Shown piece after piece: positions 29,254 through 38,738 of a DNA stretch of 64,000 nucleotides. Location of the stretch: assembly GCA_051418015.1 (NCBI GenBank), contig JBPRGF010000014.1, forward strand, positions 63,974 through 127,973, given 5' to 3'. Both the position numbers and the translations under genes were made by a program. Position 1 is the first letter of the stretch; each line of letters starts with the position of its first letter. Source of the stretch: Candidatus Nitrospinota bacterium M3_3B_026. GTDB taxonomy: Bacteria; Nitrospinota_A; UBA7883; JBPRGF01. Under the pieces are notes generated by a model that was not told the DNA's origin, ran no database searches, and saw nothing but the letters and a program-made list of their open reading frames with translations.

Positions 29254-29439
29254 ATGTCTTCAGTGTCAGGTGGTTCCTTTTCGCAGGGAGAGGTTAAGCT
29301 TCTCCGGGCGACTCTTGCCCCCAGGTCACTCCCCAAGCTGGGAGAGGGGCTGAATCTTTTCAACGCTCCGCCCCAGGCCGCTGGGAACTCGCGGCTGATG
29401 CTCGAGACCCAGGGTGCCAATATCTCCGTGCGCGCTTGA
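29254..29439 (+). CDS. Small 61-aa protein, putatively sigma-28-dependent
   Basis: SD GGAGG 9 nt before ATG 29254, downstream of the sigma-28-like promoter; ends GANISVRA. Confidence 0.55.
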   Translation: MSSVSGGSFSQGEVKLLRATLAPRSLPKLGEGLNLFNAPPQAAGNSRLMLETQGANISVRA

Positions 29440-29540
29440 ACCCGCGGCGCCCGCCCCGGCGCCGTGGCCACGCGCCAATGATACCCGTCCTCTTTTCGCC
29501 CGCCCCGATCCGCGGCCGCCGGATGGCCGGATGTCCCTCG

Positions 29541-29700
29541 AAAATATTTCGAACAATATTTTACGAAATTAGTTGTAATTAGCTATAAATGTGATTATAA
29601 TGTTGACAATTTATATGGCATAAATATAAAATCTGACTATTAGTTAGTTAATTTAGAGATAAGTAGTATGTAATAAATGTAAAAGATCTGAGGAAAACAG
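29541..29700 (+). promoter_or_regulatory. Very AT-rich promoter region with sigma-70-like elements and inverted repeats
   Basis: TTGACA at 29603 with TATAAA/TAAAAT 16-18 nt downstream; IR AAAATATT-N6-AATATTTT at 29541-29562. Confidence 0.6.
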
Positions 29701-29703
29701 CGT

Positions 29704-30306
29704 TTGAAAGGCTCCAATCGCGTCAGGATCGAATGCAGAAATCCCAGGTACGCGGACAGAGAACTCAAAGAGCACCTGCTGGAGCTTGTCCATTATTCCA
29801 GGTACGCGGGCATAGAGCCAGCGGGGTTGCGGCAGGCCATATCCGGGGCGGATCTGGAGTTCGGGAGGCAGGGCCCGGATTTGCGGCATGGAGGCAAGCT
29901 GATACTGGAGGCCGACCAGAAGACGGCGAACCTCATCGGTCAACTGGTTCAGATGTATCCCGTGTTCACGATGTGGGATATCAAGGTTTTTAAAGAGAGG
30001 GTCAAACCAGCTAGGGGTAAAACCAAGGCAAAGAAGAAGGAGAAGAAGATGGCTGCGACCAAGAAATCCGCCGCTAAGAAGAAGACGGCCAAAAAGAAAC
30101 CGGCCAAAAAGAAGGTAGCCAAGAAGAAACCGGCCGCCAAGAAAAAGACGGTCAAGAAGAAGGCCGCCAAGAAATCCGTCGCCAAGAAGAAGACGGCAAA
30201 GAAGGTGACCAAGAAGAAGGCCGCCAAGAAAAAGACGGCCAAGAAGAAGACCGCCAAAAAGAAAACGGCAAAGAAGAAGACCGCGAAGAGGAAAAAGTCC
30301 TCCTAG
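29704..30306 (+). CDS. Histone H1-like Lys/Ala-rich protein with unknown N-terminal domain
   Basis: C-terminal KKKTAKKK-type repeats; TTG start at 29704 and an internal AAGGAG-ATG at 30049. Confidence 0.75.
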   Translation: MKGSNRVRIECRNPRYADRELKEHLLELVHYSRYAGIEPAGLRQAISGADLEFGRQGPDLRHGGKLILEADQKTANLIGQLVQMYPVFTMWDIKVFKERVKPARGKTKAKKKEKKMAATKKSAAKKKTAKKKPAKKKVAKKKPAAKKKTVKKKAAKKSVAKKKTAKKVTKKKAAKKKTAKKKTAKKKTAKKKTAKRKKSS

Positions 30307-30356
30307 CGGGGGTTTTTCCAGGGAACGGTTTTTTCTTTAGACTGTTTCGTTTTTAT

Positions 30357-30394
30357 CCGGCCGGAGCCGTGAAAAGCTCCGGCCGGTTTTTTTT
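30357..30394 (+). terminator. Rho-independent terminator
   Basis: CCGGCCGGAGC-loop-GCTCCGGCCGG followed by T8. Confidence 0.85.
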
Positions 30395-30421
30395 GTCCCC
30401 GGCCTGCGGGGAAACGTTTCT

Positions 30422-31411
30422 TCAGGACACGATGGCGCCGCCGCAGGTGAAACCCGCCCCGGCTGCGCACGCGTGGCAATGATCAGACGTGGCTATTGGC
30501 GAGCCGGGCTCCGGCGGGCCGGGCATCCTGCTTACATGGGTCTTTTCTCCACCGAGAGGGATGGAGGCGGCTATATGGAAGTCGCAGTCGTAAAGGAAGC
30601 CGTCCCACGCCACGGAGACCTGCGTCCTGCACATCAGACCCTCCACGGCCATGGGGTTGAAGCTGTCCGCCAGCTTGTTTTCGTACCGCTCCAGGTTGCC
30701 CGTGCTCTCAAGCCAGCTTCTGAACCTCCCCAGGGGAACGTTGGCGAAGCCGTACAGGTTGTTGAACGTCACTCCCCATTTTCCGGCCAACTCCGCCTTG
30801 AACCTTTTTTCCATCTCGCCCTGCGAGGACGCAGGCAGGAAGGCGCCGGACGGGTTTGACGCGAAATTGATCTCGAGGCCGGTACCCTCCTTTCCGTATC
30901 CAAGCGAGTTCAACGCGCGCAGCGTCCTGATGCTTTTGTCGAAGACTCCCGCGCCGCGTTGCGCCTCCACCTGCTGCCTGTTGAGCGAGGGGAGGGAGGC
31001 GAACAAAACCACCTTTTTTTCCCCGAGCAGCTCCATCAGCTCGTCCTTGCTCTCGCCGGATATGGCCGTGAGGTTCGAGCGTAGTATTATTCTCGGCGCG
31101 AACGCGGAAAGCTCCTCTATGAGCCTCGGCAGGCCTGGGTTCATCTCCGGCGCGCCGCCGGTTATGTCCACGACACCAAAACGCCCCCGCCTCGCGTAGT
31201 CTATAACCTCGGTTATCGTTTCGCCGTCCATGAGCTCCCCCCGCGCGGGTCCCGCCTCCAGGTGGCAGTGGCGGCACTCCTGGTTGCACAGCAGCCCCAC
31301 GTTCACCTGCAGAGTCGTTGTCTTCGCCCGGCTGAGCCTTACGCCGTTGTCCGCGAGAGCCCGGGAAAACGAGTCCCCGCCCCCCTTCGTCCCGGCCGTC
31401 GTTCCGTCCAT
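30422..31411 (-). CDS. arsS: Radical SAM/DUF3641 protein (arsenosugar biosynthesis ArsS-like)
   Basis: TLQVNVGLLCNQECRHCH, DITGGAPE, LMCR..SVAWDG.LYDCDF, HCHACAAGAGFTCGG. Confidence 0.85.
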   Translation of the reverse strand: MDGTTAGTKGGGDSFSRALADNGVRLSRAKTTTLQVNVGLLCNQECRHCHLEAGPARGELMDGETITEVIDYARRGRFGVVDITGGAPEMNPGLPRLIEELSAFAPRIILRSNLTAISGESKDELMELLGEKKVVLFASLPSLNRQQVEAQRGAGVFDKSIRTLRALNSLGYGKEGTGLEINFASNPSGAFLPASSQGEMEKRFKAELAGKWGVTFNNLYGFANVPLGRFRSWLESTGNLERYENKLADSFNPMAVEGLMCRTQVSVAWDGFLYDCDFHIAASIPLGGEKTHVSRMPGPPEPGSPIATSDHCHACAAGAGFTCGGAIVS

Positions 31412-31428
31412 GCCCTCCTCCATGGAAT

Positions 31429-31761
31429 CTACATAGAAAGTTTTTCCGCCAGGTCGCGCATCTGCACGCCGTGGACAAGGGACGCGCCGCCGCGGATGGC
31501 CGCCGCCACGTGGACGGCTTCCGTCATCTCCGCCATGTTGGAGCCCTTCTCCAGGCAGGACTGCGTGTAGGCGTCGATGCAGTAGGGGCACTGCACCGCG
31601 TGGGCCACCGCCAGGGCGATCAGGGCTTTTTCCCTGCCCGTCAGCTCTCCCTCGGCGAAAACGGAGTTGTAATAATCGAAAAACTTCCTGGCCAGGTCCG
31701 GCGCGTCCTTCCCTATTTCCTTGAACCGTGGAAGGTCCTTCGGGTCGTAATATGTCTCCAT
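31429..31761 (-). CDS. AhpD/CMD-family protein associated with ArsS-like radical SAM genes
   Basis: YYDPKDL..F, REKALIALAVAHAVQCPYCIDAY, AAIRGGASLVHG. Confidence 0.88.
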   Translation of the reverse strand: METYYDPKDLPRFKEIGKDAPDLARKFFDYYNSVFAEGELTGREKALIALAVAHAVQCPYCIDAYTQSCLEKGSNMAEMTEAVHVAAAIRGGASLVHGVQMRDLAEKLSM

Positions 31762-31977
31762 CCCTTCAAGCTCCCTTATCTATATAGACGGGCGCCTATT
31801 CCCGTTCATGGATCACAGGATATCAGGGCCGAAGGCCAGCCCGCAATAAAGCCCGCCCGGAGGCGGCGTTGACGGCAGGGGCTCCGCCACGGGATAATAT
31901 CAGCGGCTCCGTGGGCAAAGGCGCGGGCCTAAAGAAATGTTACCACCCGAAAGGGCGTTCCCGGCAAGGTTTGTTGG

Positions 31978-33669
31978 ATGCTTCGATCCGGTCTTTTCAT
32001 CCTGCAAAAAGCACGCTTCCGGTTGGCGAGCAACTCCGTTCTCCGGCCTGGCCGGGGAAGCGCCGCAAGGAGGGCCGTCCTGGGGGCGCTCGCCGCGCTC
32101 TTTGTCCTGGGTGACTGGTGGTTCTTCAGGCGGATACTCGTCTATTTCAACAGCCTGCCGATGGACGTGGGGGAGATACTCGTCATACAGCTTCTGAACC
32201 TTCTGTGCCTCACGCTCTTTTCGATGCTGGTCTTCTCCAACGTCATCGCCGCGATATCGACGCTTTACATGTCGCGGGACCTTGAGCTGCTGCTTTCCGC
32301 GCCCCTGCGCCCCGTCGAGGTCTTCGTCTCCAAGTTCATCCTGACGCTGATAAACTCCTCGTGGATGCCGGTACTTTTCGGCATGCCGATCTTCGTGGCC
32401 TACGGCCAGTCCGGCGGCGCCTCGTGGCTCTACTATGCCTTGCTGCCCGCCGCTGTCCTTCCGTTCCTTGTGGCGCCTTCGGGGCTCGGTGTGCTGTTCA
32501 CGATGGTCCTCACCCGTTTCTTCCCGGCGAGAAGGGCCTACCAGGTCCTGACGTTTGTGGGCGTGCTTTTCATGGGCGGGCTGGTGATGTACTTCAGGTT
32601 CCTGAGGCCGGAGAGGTTCGTCGGCAAGGATGTCCCCGACGAGGCGATAATCGGATTCGTGGAGAGCCTCAAGGCGCCGGACTACCCATGGCTGCCTTCC
32701 AGCATGATGGCCTCGGCCCTGCAGGCGGGGGCGCTGGGCGACTGGGAGATGTTCTGGGGCGGGCTGGGCAAGCTGTGGGCCGTGGCGGCCGCGGCCTCGG
32801 CTGTGGCAGTCGTTGCGGCGTGGAGGTTCTACTACGCCGGATGGACGGCCGCCGCGGGGGGCAGGAGCGTGGTTATGCCCAAAAAGGAGCGGATGATGTA
32901 CCGCGCTGCGCGAAAGATGATGGCCCCTCTCGCGCCGGAGTCGAGGGCGTTGCTGATGAAGGACATGAAGCTCTTCTGGAGGGACACGGGACAATGGTCC
33001 CAGCTTTTCATACTCGGCGCGCTGGTGGTGGTCTACATATTCAACATCAGGAACCTGCCCCTGGACACCGTTTACCTGAAAAATGTCGTCTCGGTGATGA
33101 ACATCGGCCTGGCGGGCGTGGTGCTGGCGGCGGTCGCGGCAAGATTCGTCTTCGCCGCGATAAGCGTGGAGGGAAAAGGGTTCTGGGTCATCCACTCCGC
33201 GCCGCTCGATCCCCGGAGGCTTCTGTGGGCCAAGTTTTCGCTTTACATTCTTCCTCTGATAATCCTGGCCGAGGCGCTGGTCGTTGTCTCCAACCTGTTC
33301 CTGGGCGTCGACGGGTTTGTGATGGCCGCTTCCGCGGCGGCCATAGCGGCGCTGACGGCGGGGCTTTCGGGCCTGGGGACCGGGATGGGCGCCATGTATC
33401 CCAAGTTTGACTTCGAGAACGTGGCCGAGGTGGGGACGACAACCGGCGCGATCATGTACATGATAATATCCCTCGCTTACGTGGGCGCGTCGGTGAGCCT
33501 CGTGGCGGGGCCCGTCAGGGCTCATCTGCTCCACGTCTTCCTGGGCGCGCCCGTGAGCCAGGCGGACATCTGGGGCCCCTTCGCCGCGCTTTTGATCCTC
33601 ACGGCGGTGTTCGTCTACGCGCCCATGAGGATGGGAGCGGACGCGCTGGCGAGAATGGAGACCTTCTAG
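31978..33669 (+). CDS. Putative ABC exporter permease (multi-TM)
   Basis: Many hydrophobic helices, SRDLELLLSAP and KDMKLFWRD..QWSQ motifs; no ATPase gene adjacent. Confidence 0.75.
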   Translation: MLRSGLFILQKARFRLASNSVLRPGRGSAARRAVLGALAALFVLGDWWFFRRILVYFNSLPMDVGEILVIQLLNLLCLTLFSMLVFSNVIAAISTLYMSRDLELLLSAPLRPVEVFVSKFILTLINSSWMPVLFGMPIFVAYGQSGGASWLYYALLPAAVLPFLVAPSGLGVLFTMVLTRFFPARRAYQVLTFVGVLFMGGLVMYFRFLRPERFVGKDVPDEAIIGFVESLKAPDYPWLPSSMMASALQAGALGDWEMFWGGLGKLWAVAAAASAVAVVAAWRFYYAGWTAAAGGRSVVMPKKERMMYRAARKMMAPLAPESRALLMKDMKLFWRDTGQWSQLFILGALVVVYIFNIRNLPLDTVYLKNVVSVMNIGLAGVVLAAVAARFVFAAISVEGKGFWVIHSAPLDPRRLLWAKFSLYILPLIILAEALVVVSNLFLGVDGFVMAASAAAIAALTAGLSGLGTGMGAMYPKFDFENVAEVGTTTGAIMYMIISLAYVGASVSLVAGPVRAHLLHVFLGAPVSQADIWGPFAALLILTAVFVYAPMRMGADALARMETF

Positions 33670-33686
33670 GCCGTGCGGCGGGACCG

Positions 33687-34151
33687 ATGAAGCTGGAAGA
33701 TCAGGACAGGGAAAAATGGATAGCTCTGATCGGCGGGGTGAAATTTTTCGACGGGCTGGGCGAGGACGACCTCGGCATGCTTCTCGACGCCGGGAACGTG
33801 AAACGCTACGAGTTCCACGAATACATCTTCAAGGAAAACGAGGTGGACCTCTCCTTTTTCGTGATACTCAAAGGCTCCGTGAAGCTCATAAAGCTGGGGC
33901 CGCTGAGAAAAAAACGGGAGGTGGGGAAGCTCGCGGCGGGCGACTGTTTCGGGGAAATGGGGCTCTTGCTCAAAAACCCGAGAAGCGCCAGTGTCCTGGC
34001 GGCGGAGGAGTGTTTCATCTTCAAGATAAACATGGAGGATATCGAGACCATGCCCGCCGCCACCCAGGCCGGCCTCTACAAACGGTTCGCCACGTTCCTG
34101 GCCCAGCGGCTGCGCCAGGCCACCGAAAGCATCGTGAACCCCGGTTCCTGA
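33687..34151 (+). CDS. Cyclic nucleotide-binding domain protein
   Basis: GDCFGEMGLL..PRSASV phosphate-binding cassette. Confidence 0.88.
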   Translation: MKLEDQDREKWIALIGGVKFFDGLGEDDLGMLLDAGNVKRYEFHEYIFKENEVDLSFFVILKGSVKLIKLGPLRKKREVGKLAAGDCFGEMGLLLKNPRSASVLAAEECFIFKINMEDIETMPAATQAGLYKRFATFLAQRLRQATESIVNPGS

Positions 34152-34176
34152 AAACCGCCCGGCGTGTCATTGCGCG

Positions 34177-35511
34177 TCATCTGGCCCAGCGCAGGGTCGC
34201 CGTGTTTCGCGCCTCCCGCCCGGCGGCTATGGAAGGGGCCAGGAAAAGCCCGGGAACCCACAGGACCTCGTTTTCCTTCACCAGCACGGGCAGGACGTCT
34301 CTTATGCCGGACGGGGTTTTCCTGTCGATGAAAAAGGACTTGAGGGTCTTGCGCCCCTCGAGGTTTTCGAGGCCAAGCCAGTCGCCGGGACGGCGCGTCC
34401 TGAAGACGGCGCCGGGGGGAATCCTGTCCAGGTCGGCCACCTCACCTTCGCGGCGCCCCTTCTCCACGGCGAGGCGCCCCTCGGGAAGTTCGACCTTCAG
34501 GGGACAGGAAAAGGGAGTGCGCACGATGAAGGGGATCGCCTTCTTCACCCGGAACGAGAGCCCGCCATGATCCAGCCTGACCGCGTACCCGCCCGGGACC
34601 TCCACCTCCCTCCCGAGCGATCCGGACACGACGGCGCGGTCTATCGCCTCCACCCGCTCGAAGCTCACGCGGGCCGGGTCCAGCCCGGCTGATTTCAACG
34701 CTGTCCTGTAGACGGACCATCGCAGAGCCTCCGGCTCGCCCGCGATCCTGCCAGGGTCCAGCGTCACGGCGCCTTCGCCCACGGACAAAGCGGCGCGCTC
34801 GATCAGCTCCTCCGCCATCCTGTCCACGAAAAGCTCCTGCGCCCGGACGATCCTTGCCAGCCGGGCCACGGCCGCCACGGCGTCCCCGGCCTCCCGCTCC
34901 ATGGCGGGGATCAAGTGATGACGGATCCTGTTCCGCAGGTAGTCCTCCGTCAGGTTGGAGGGGTCTTCCCGGAAGCTCGCCCCCCTTTCCCTGAGCCAGG
35001 CCAGGATATCTCGTTTTCTCGTCTCGATGAGGGGGCGGATATATCTTTCCCGGACGGGCGGGATGCCGCTGAAACCGGCCGGCCCCGTTCCCCGCAGCAT
35101 CCACATGATCGACGTCTCCACGCTGTCGTCCATCGTGTGCCCCGTGGCGATGAGGCCGGCGTAGCCTGAGTCCAGCAGCCGCTCGAAAAACGAGTACCGG
35201 AGCCTGCGTCCCGTCTCCTGCAGCGCCGCGGCGGGCCTGCCTTTCTCGTTGCGCTCCATCTTCATTTCGATCCCAAGCCGGCGGGCCAGGGCGGCGGCGG
35301 CCTCGGCGTCCTTCGCCGAATCCTCCCGGAAGGCGTGGTCGAAATGGCAGGCGTTCAGCGTGAACCCCATGGGTCCCGAGAGAGCCGCCAGCGCCTCGGC
35401 AAGGGCGGTCGAGTCCGGTCCGCCTGAAAGGGCGGCGCAGACGGCCGAGCCCCGCGGGATCATGCCGTGCCCGGCGATGGTGGATTTCACGCGGTCTATG
35501 AAACGGTTCAT
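34177..35511 (-). CDS. tilS: tRNA(Ile)-lysidine synthetase
   Basis: ALSGGPDS, HFDHAFR, ATGHTMDD, IRPL, EDPSN, RNRIR. Confidence 0.95.
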   Translation of the reverse strand: MNRFIDRVKSTIAGHGMIPRGSAVCAALSGGPDSTALAEALAALSGPMGFTLNACHFDHAFREDSAKDAEAAAALARRLGIEMKMERNEKGRPAAALQETGRRLRYSFFERLLDSGYAGLIATGHTMDDSVETSIMWMLRGTGPAGFSGIPPVRERYIRPLIETRKRDILAWLRERGASFREDPSNLTEDYLRNRIRHHLIPAMEREAGDAVAAVARLARIVRAQELFVDRMAEELIERAALSVGEGAVTLDPGRIAGEPEALRWSVYRTALKSAGLDPARVSFERVEAIDRAVVSGSLGREVEVPGGYAVRLDHGGLSFRVKKAIPFIVRTPFSCPLKVELPEGRLAVEKGRREGEVADLDRIPPGAVFRTRRPGDWLGLENLEGRKTLKSFFIDRKTPSGIRDVLPVLVKENEVLWVPGLFLAPSIAAGREARNTATLRWAR

Positions 35512-35641
35512 GAAGCGGCCAGGGAAAATACAAAGATTTGAAAAATCCGTCACCCGGGATGAAAATTTACACCCCTTCGGGCATTTCGTCAACGGCCGCG
35601 GCCGCCGCGAGAGCGGGGAAAAGGACGGGGGGACAGGCCTG

Positions 35642-36616
35642 TCAGAGGCGGCCCCAGTCGAACACGATCCGCTCCGACTCGTACCACACGCCCGGCTTGT
35701 CGGGGTCCGGGTTTTCCCGCGTTATCTCCGAGGTCAAAAGCTCCGGCGGCACCCGGGCCATCTGCAGGTAGAGGTCCGCTTCCTCCTCCTTGTACCCCAG
35801 GTAGCTTTCCACCTGTTCGATGACATCCTTTCTCGACTCCGCGTTGACGTAGAGAGTGGAGTAGAACCCCCTCGGCTTCTCCACCTCGTCGAGACCCGGT
35901 TTGTAGCCCCGGATATCGACCTTCCAGCAGGTCATGCCGATGGGGACGCCGTCCTCGTCAATCTCCTCGTCCTCCTCCTCGTCGAGATAGAGGTCGTACC
36001 GGTCCGCCAAGTCCTCGAAAGCGGTCAGATAATCGTCGCCGTTCTCTTCGTCCAGCGGGAGCGGCTCATGGTAGTGGGGCTCGTCGAGGAACAGGCCCAG
36101 CTCCATGACGAAGGGTATTCCCATGCGCTCCAGGGCTCTTTCCATCATGTCAGGGTCGTGGTGGTACACCTGGATCGTCTTGTGCTCGTCGAGGAAAACC
36201 TCGGCGGGGCTTCCGTGCGAGAACGCGCCTATCCCGAAAAAACCGTCGTCCAGGACGACGTCGCGCCAGTTTTTAATCCACTCCACGATCTCCCTGCGGT
36301 TTATCAGCGAGTCGCTTATGTATGTGTCATGATCGCGGTAGTAGTCGTCCGAATGGATCTTGACCACGAGGTGGACCATTTCCGGGAGTCGGCCGAGCAG
36401 GGACAGGAACGTCGCCATGAGCCGCTCGTGGGGCACGGCGATATGGTAGTGAAAACAGCCCTCCTCGCGCAGATACTTGGAGTCGTAGCCTGCCTTCTGA
36501 CAGTACTCTCCCTCGGGGTAGGCTCCGAACGAGTACGTGAAGCCGTCTTCCCTGATCCTGTCGGTCAGTTTCCTTCGGGCCGGAAGCGCGCTCCGGCGGG
36601 GGTCTTTTTCGCTCAT
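35642..36616 (-). CDS. Acidic hypothetical protein
   Basis: 324-aa ORF with natural-looking composition, Asp/Glu-rich, no motif I can name. Confidence 0.7.
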   Translation of the reverse strand: MSEKDPRRSALPARRKLTDRIREDGFTYSFGAYPEGEYCQKAGYDSKYLREEGCFHYHIAVPHERLMATFLSLLGRLPEMVHLVVKIHSDDYYRDHDTYISDSLINRREIVEWIKNWRDVVLDDGFFGIGAFSHGSPAEVFLDEHKTIQVYHHDPDMMERALERMGIPFVMELGLFLDEPHYHEPLPLDEENGDDYLTAFEDLADRYDLYLDEEEDEEIDEDGVPIGMTCWKVDIRGYKPGLDEVEKPRGFYSTLYVNAESRKDVIEQVESYLGYKEEEADLYLQMARVPPELLTSEITRENPDPDKPGVWYESERIVFDWGRL

Positions 36617-36875
36617 AGTAGTATTTTAAATTAACAGCCGATTTTGACAAGCCGTAAAAGCCGATGGTCCGACGGCCCCGGCGTCAGGCTGGACGCGCCG
36701 GACGGCCTTTTCAGCGCCGCCGGTTTTTTGCTGGTATAATGTAAGACCTTTTTTGCCGCCGCCGAAGTTCCGGGGCAAGCGGCCGAGGCGGCCCGGCCCG
36801 GCGGCTGGAGCTTTCTGAAAATAACTTTTCCGCCGCCTTACCCTGGCTGTTTAACTGTTTGTTGGGGACATCGGA

Positions 36876-38225
36876 ATGAGATTTTCTTTCAGGAGCGTGG
36901 TCACGGCCTGGCTTGGAGTGGCCGTCGCCTCGATGGCCTTCATGGGGGTGTACGCTTTCATGATAGTCCTGAGCCGCGCGCCCGGCTTCAACCTCCTTTT
37001 CACGGAGCAGGACTTTTTCCACACCGCGCTTGTGACGCACGTGGTTCTGTCCGTCGTGATATGGTTCCAGGCGTTCATACTCTTTCTCATCCATTACACG
37101 ACGTCCGGCAGGCCGCCGGGGACTCTGGACGGGCTTTCCGCCCTCGGCGCTCTGGCTGGCGTGGCGCTTATCGTTGTGACGCCGCTGACCGGCCAGGCCT
37201 ACCCGATGCTCAACAACTACGTGCCGGTGCTCAACAGGCCCATGTACATCACCGGGTTGGCCCTCTTTTTCGGGTTCGCGTCCCTGGGGGTGGTTTTGCG
37301 CGCCCCGGCGCTGGCGGGGAAGATCATGGAGAGGGCGCGGGGCGGGGAAGTTCCGCTCGCCGTGACGGCGCCATTGGCGGGGGCGGGGCTCTCCATCGTC
37401 ATGGGGGTGGCGCTGGTCGTCCTTGCGCTGATCCGTCTTTCCGGCGGTGCCGGGGAGGGGCTTGCGCCGACGGTCTATTTCGAGATCCTCTTCTGGGGAG
37501 GGGGGCATGTGCTGCAGTTCGCGAACACTTTCGGGATGATGGCCGTCTGGTCCCTGCTTGCCCTCAGGCTTGGCGGCGGCGCGCTGGCCGATGACAGGGT
37601 CGCCCTCGCCGCCGTTATCATAATGGCCGCCTTCGTCGTCTCGGCCCCGGTGGACTATTTCACGAAACCGATAGAGTCCTTCGAGTCCCGGGCGTTTTTC
37701 ACCACCATGAAGGGATGGGGGATAGCCCTTGGGCCCATAGTCCTTGGGCTTTCCGCGGCGTTGAGGTGGAAGAGGCTGGGGGACGACTTTCTGGCCCGGC
37801 GCGGGCTGGCGCTGTCGATGGCGCTTTTCGGTATGGGGGGGCTGATAGCCCTCACCATACAGGGCAGCGATACAAGGATACCGGCCCATTACCACGGCGT
37901 CATCGGGGGGGTGACCATAGGCTACATGACCCTGGGGCTGCTTGCCATGAGGGACAACGGATGGCTCGCGGCGGGACGGAGGTGGCTCAAGATACAGGTC
38001 AACTCCTACGGGGTCGGCCAGGCGCTTTTCGTGGTGGGCATGTTCGTCGGCGGCCTTTTGGGCCTTGCCAGGAAAACCTACGGGCAGGCCCAGGTGCTGG
38101 ACACTTTCCAGAAGGCGCTGAGCATGGCCCTTATGGGCATAGGCGGAGTGCTGGCCATAGCCGCCGGGGGCCTTTTCGTGGTCATCATGATAATGTCGCT
38201 TGCGCGGGGAAGGAGGGAGGCGTGA
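36876..38225 (+). CDS. Divergent heme-copper oxidase subunit I-like (COX1 family) membrane protein
   Basis: About 12 TM helices; helix-II His (LVTHVVL), NYVP loop, FWGGGHVLQF, PAHYHG, LARK; no His-His pair. Confidence 0.8.
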   Translation: MRFSFRSVVTAWLGVAVASMAFMGVYAFMIVLSRAPGFNLLFTEQDFFHTALVTHVVLSVVIWFQAFILFLIHYTTSGRPPGTLDGLSALGALAGVALIVVTPLTGQAYPMLNNYVPVLNRPMYITGLALFFGFASLGVVLRAPALAGKIMERARGGEVPLAVTAPLAGAGLSIVMGVALVVLALIRLSGGAGEGLAPTVYFEILFWGGGHVLQFANTFGMMAVWSLLALRLGGGALADDRVALAAVIIMAAFVVSAPVDYFTKPIESFESRAFFTTMKGWGIALGPIVLGLSAALRWKRLGDDFLARRGLALSMALFGMGGLIALTIQGSDTRIPAHYHGVIGGVTIGYMTLGLLAMRDNGWLAAGRRWLKIQVNSYGVGQALFVVGMFVGGLLGLARKTYGQAQVLDTFQKALSMALMGIGGVLAIAAGGLFVVIMIMSLARGRREA

Positions 38226-38545
38226 AGGGCTTTTTTCTTTGGCCTGCCGTGACCTGCGCTTTTTTCCTGGCGGCGGGCTGCCGGACGGCGGACAGACCGG
38301 CCGCTTACCAGAAATGCGTTAAATGCCACGGGGAACCGGGGGGCGGCGGGACGATGACGGCGCCGGACCTCGCCGAGACGGAGTACGACCTAGGGCAGTT
38401 CAAAAAACAGTTGCTGAGCGGTTCGGATTGGGAAGGGAAACCGCCCGGGAAATGGAAATACCGGTGGAAAAAGATGCCTCCCCAGGTGGGTCTTTCCGAA
38501 AAACAGATCAAAGCCCTTTTCGAGTACATAAAATCCGCTAATTAG
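38222..38545 (+). CDS. Monoheme c-type cytochrome, probable lipoprotein
   Basis: GTG start overlapping the upstream stop, LAAGC lipobox, CVKCH, KKMPPQ (likely Met ligand). Confidence 0.8.
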   Translation: MKGFFLWPAVTCAFFLAAGCRTADRPAAYQKCVKCHGEPGGGGTMTAPDLAETEYDLGQFKKQLLSGSDWEGKPPGKWKYRWKKMPPQVGLSEKQIKALFEYIKSAN

Positions 38546-38738
38546 ACGGCGTTCCGCATCAGACTGGGTTTAATTTCTGTACCCGGTATTTTCTCTGGAA
38601 TCGGTATTTACACGCGAGGGTTGTTTGTAATACTATTAGGCGGCTTTTTTCGCGGCTCCGCTTTCGCGGGCCCGCGAAAGAGGGGGGTAAGTCAAGGATG
38701 GGAACCGCAATGTTCAACAAAACGCTAGGAGGTCAATT

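Noticed and set aside
29200..29460. Possible 6S or SRP RNA in this intergenic region
   Set aside because: I could not find the long self-complementary rod or the SRP loop motif; a promoter, SD and small ORF explain it better.
29541..29700. AT-rich block as a replication origin
   Set aside because: No DnaA-box cluster and no dnaA/dnaN/gidA context; better explained as a promoter region.
30422..30460. Possible selenocysteine at the ArsS-like C-terminus
   Set aside because: The relevant codon is TGC (Cys) in FTCGG; there is no in-frame TGA read-through.
36876..38225. Calling this gene a true cbb3 oxidase subunit (ccoN) or a NOR
   Set aside because: It lacks the His-His metal ligands and the partner subunit genes.
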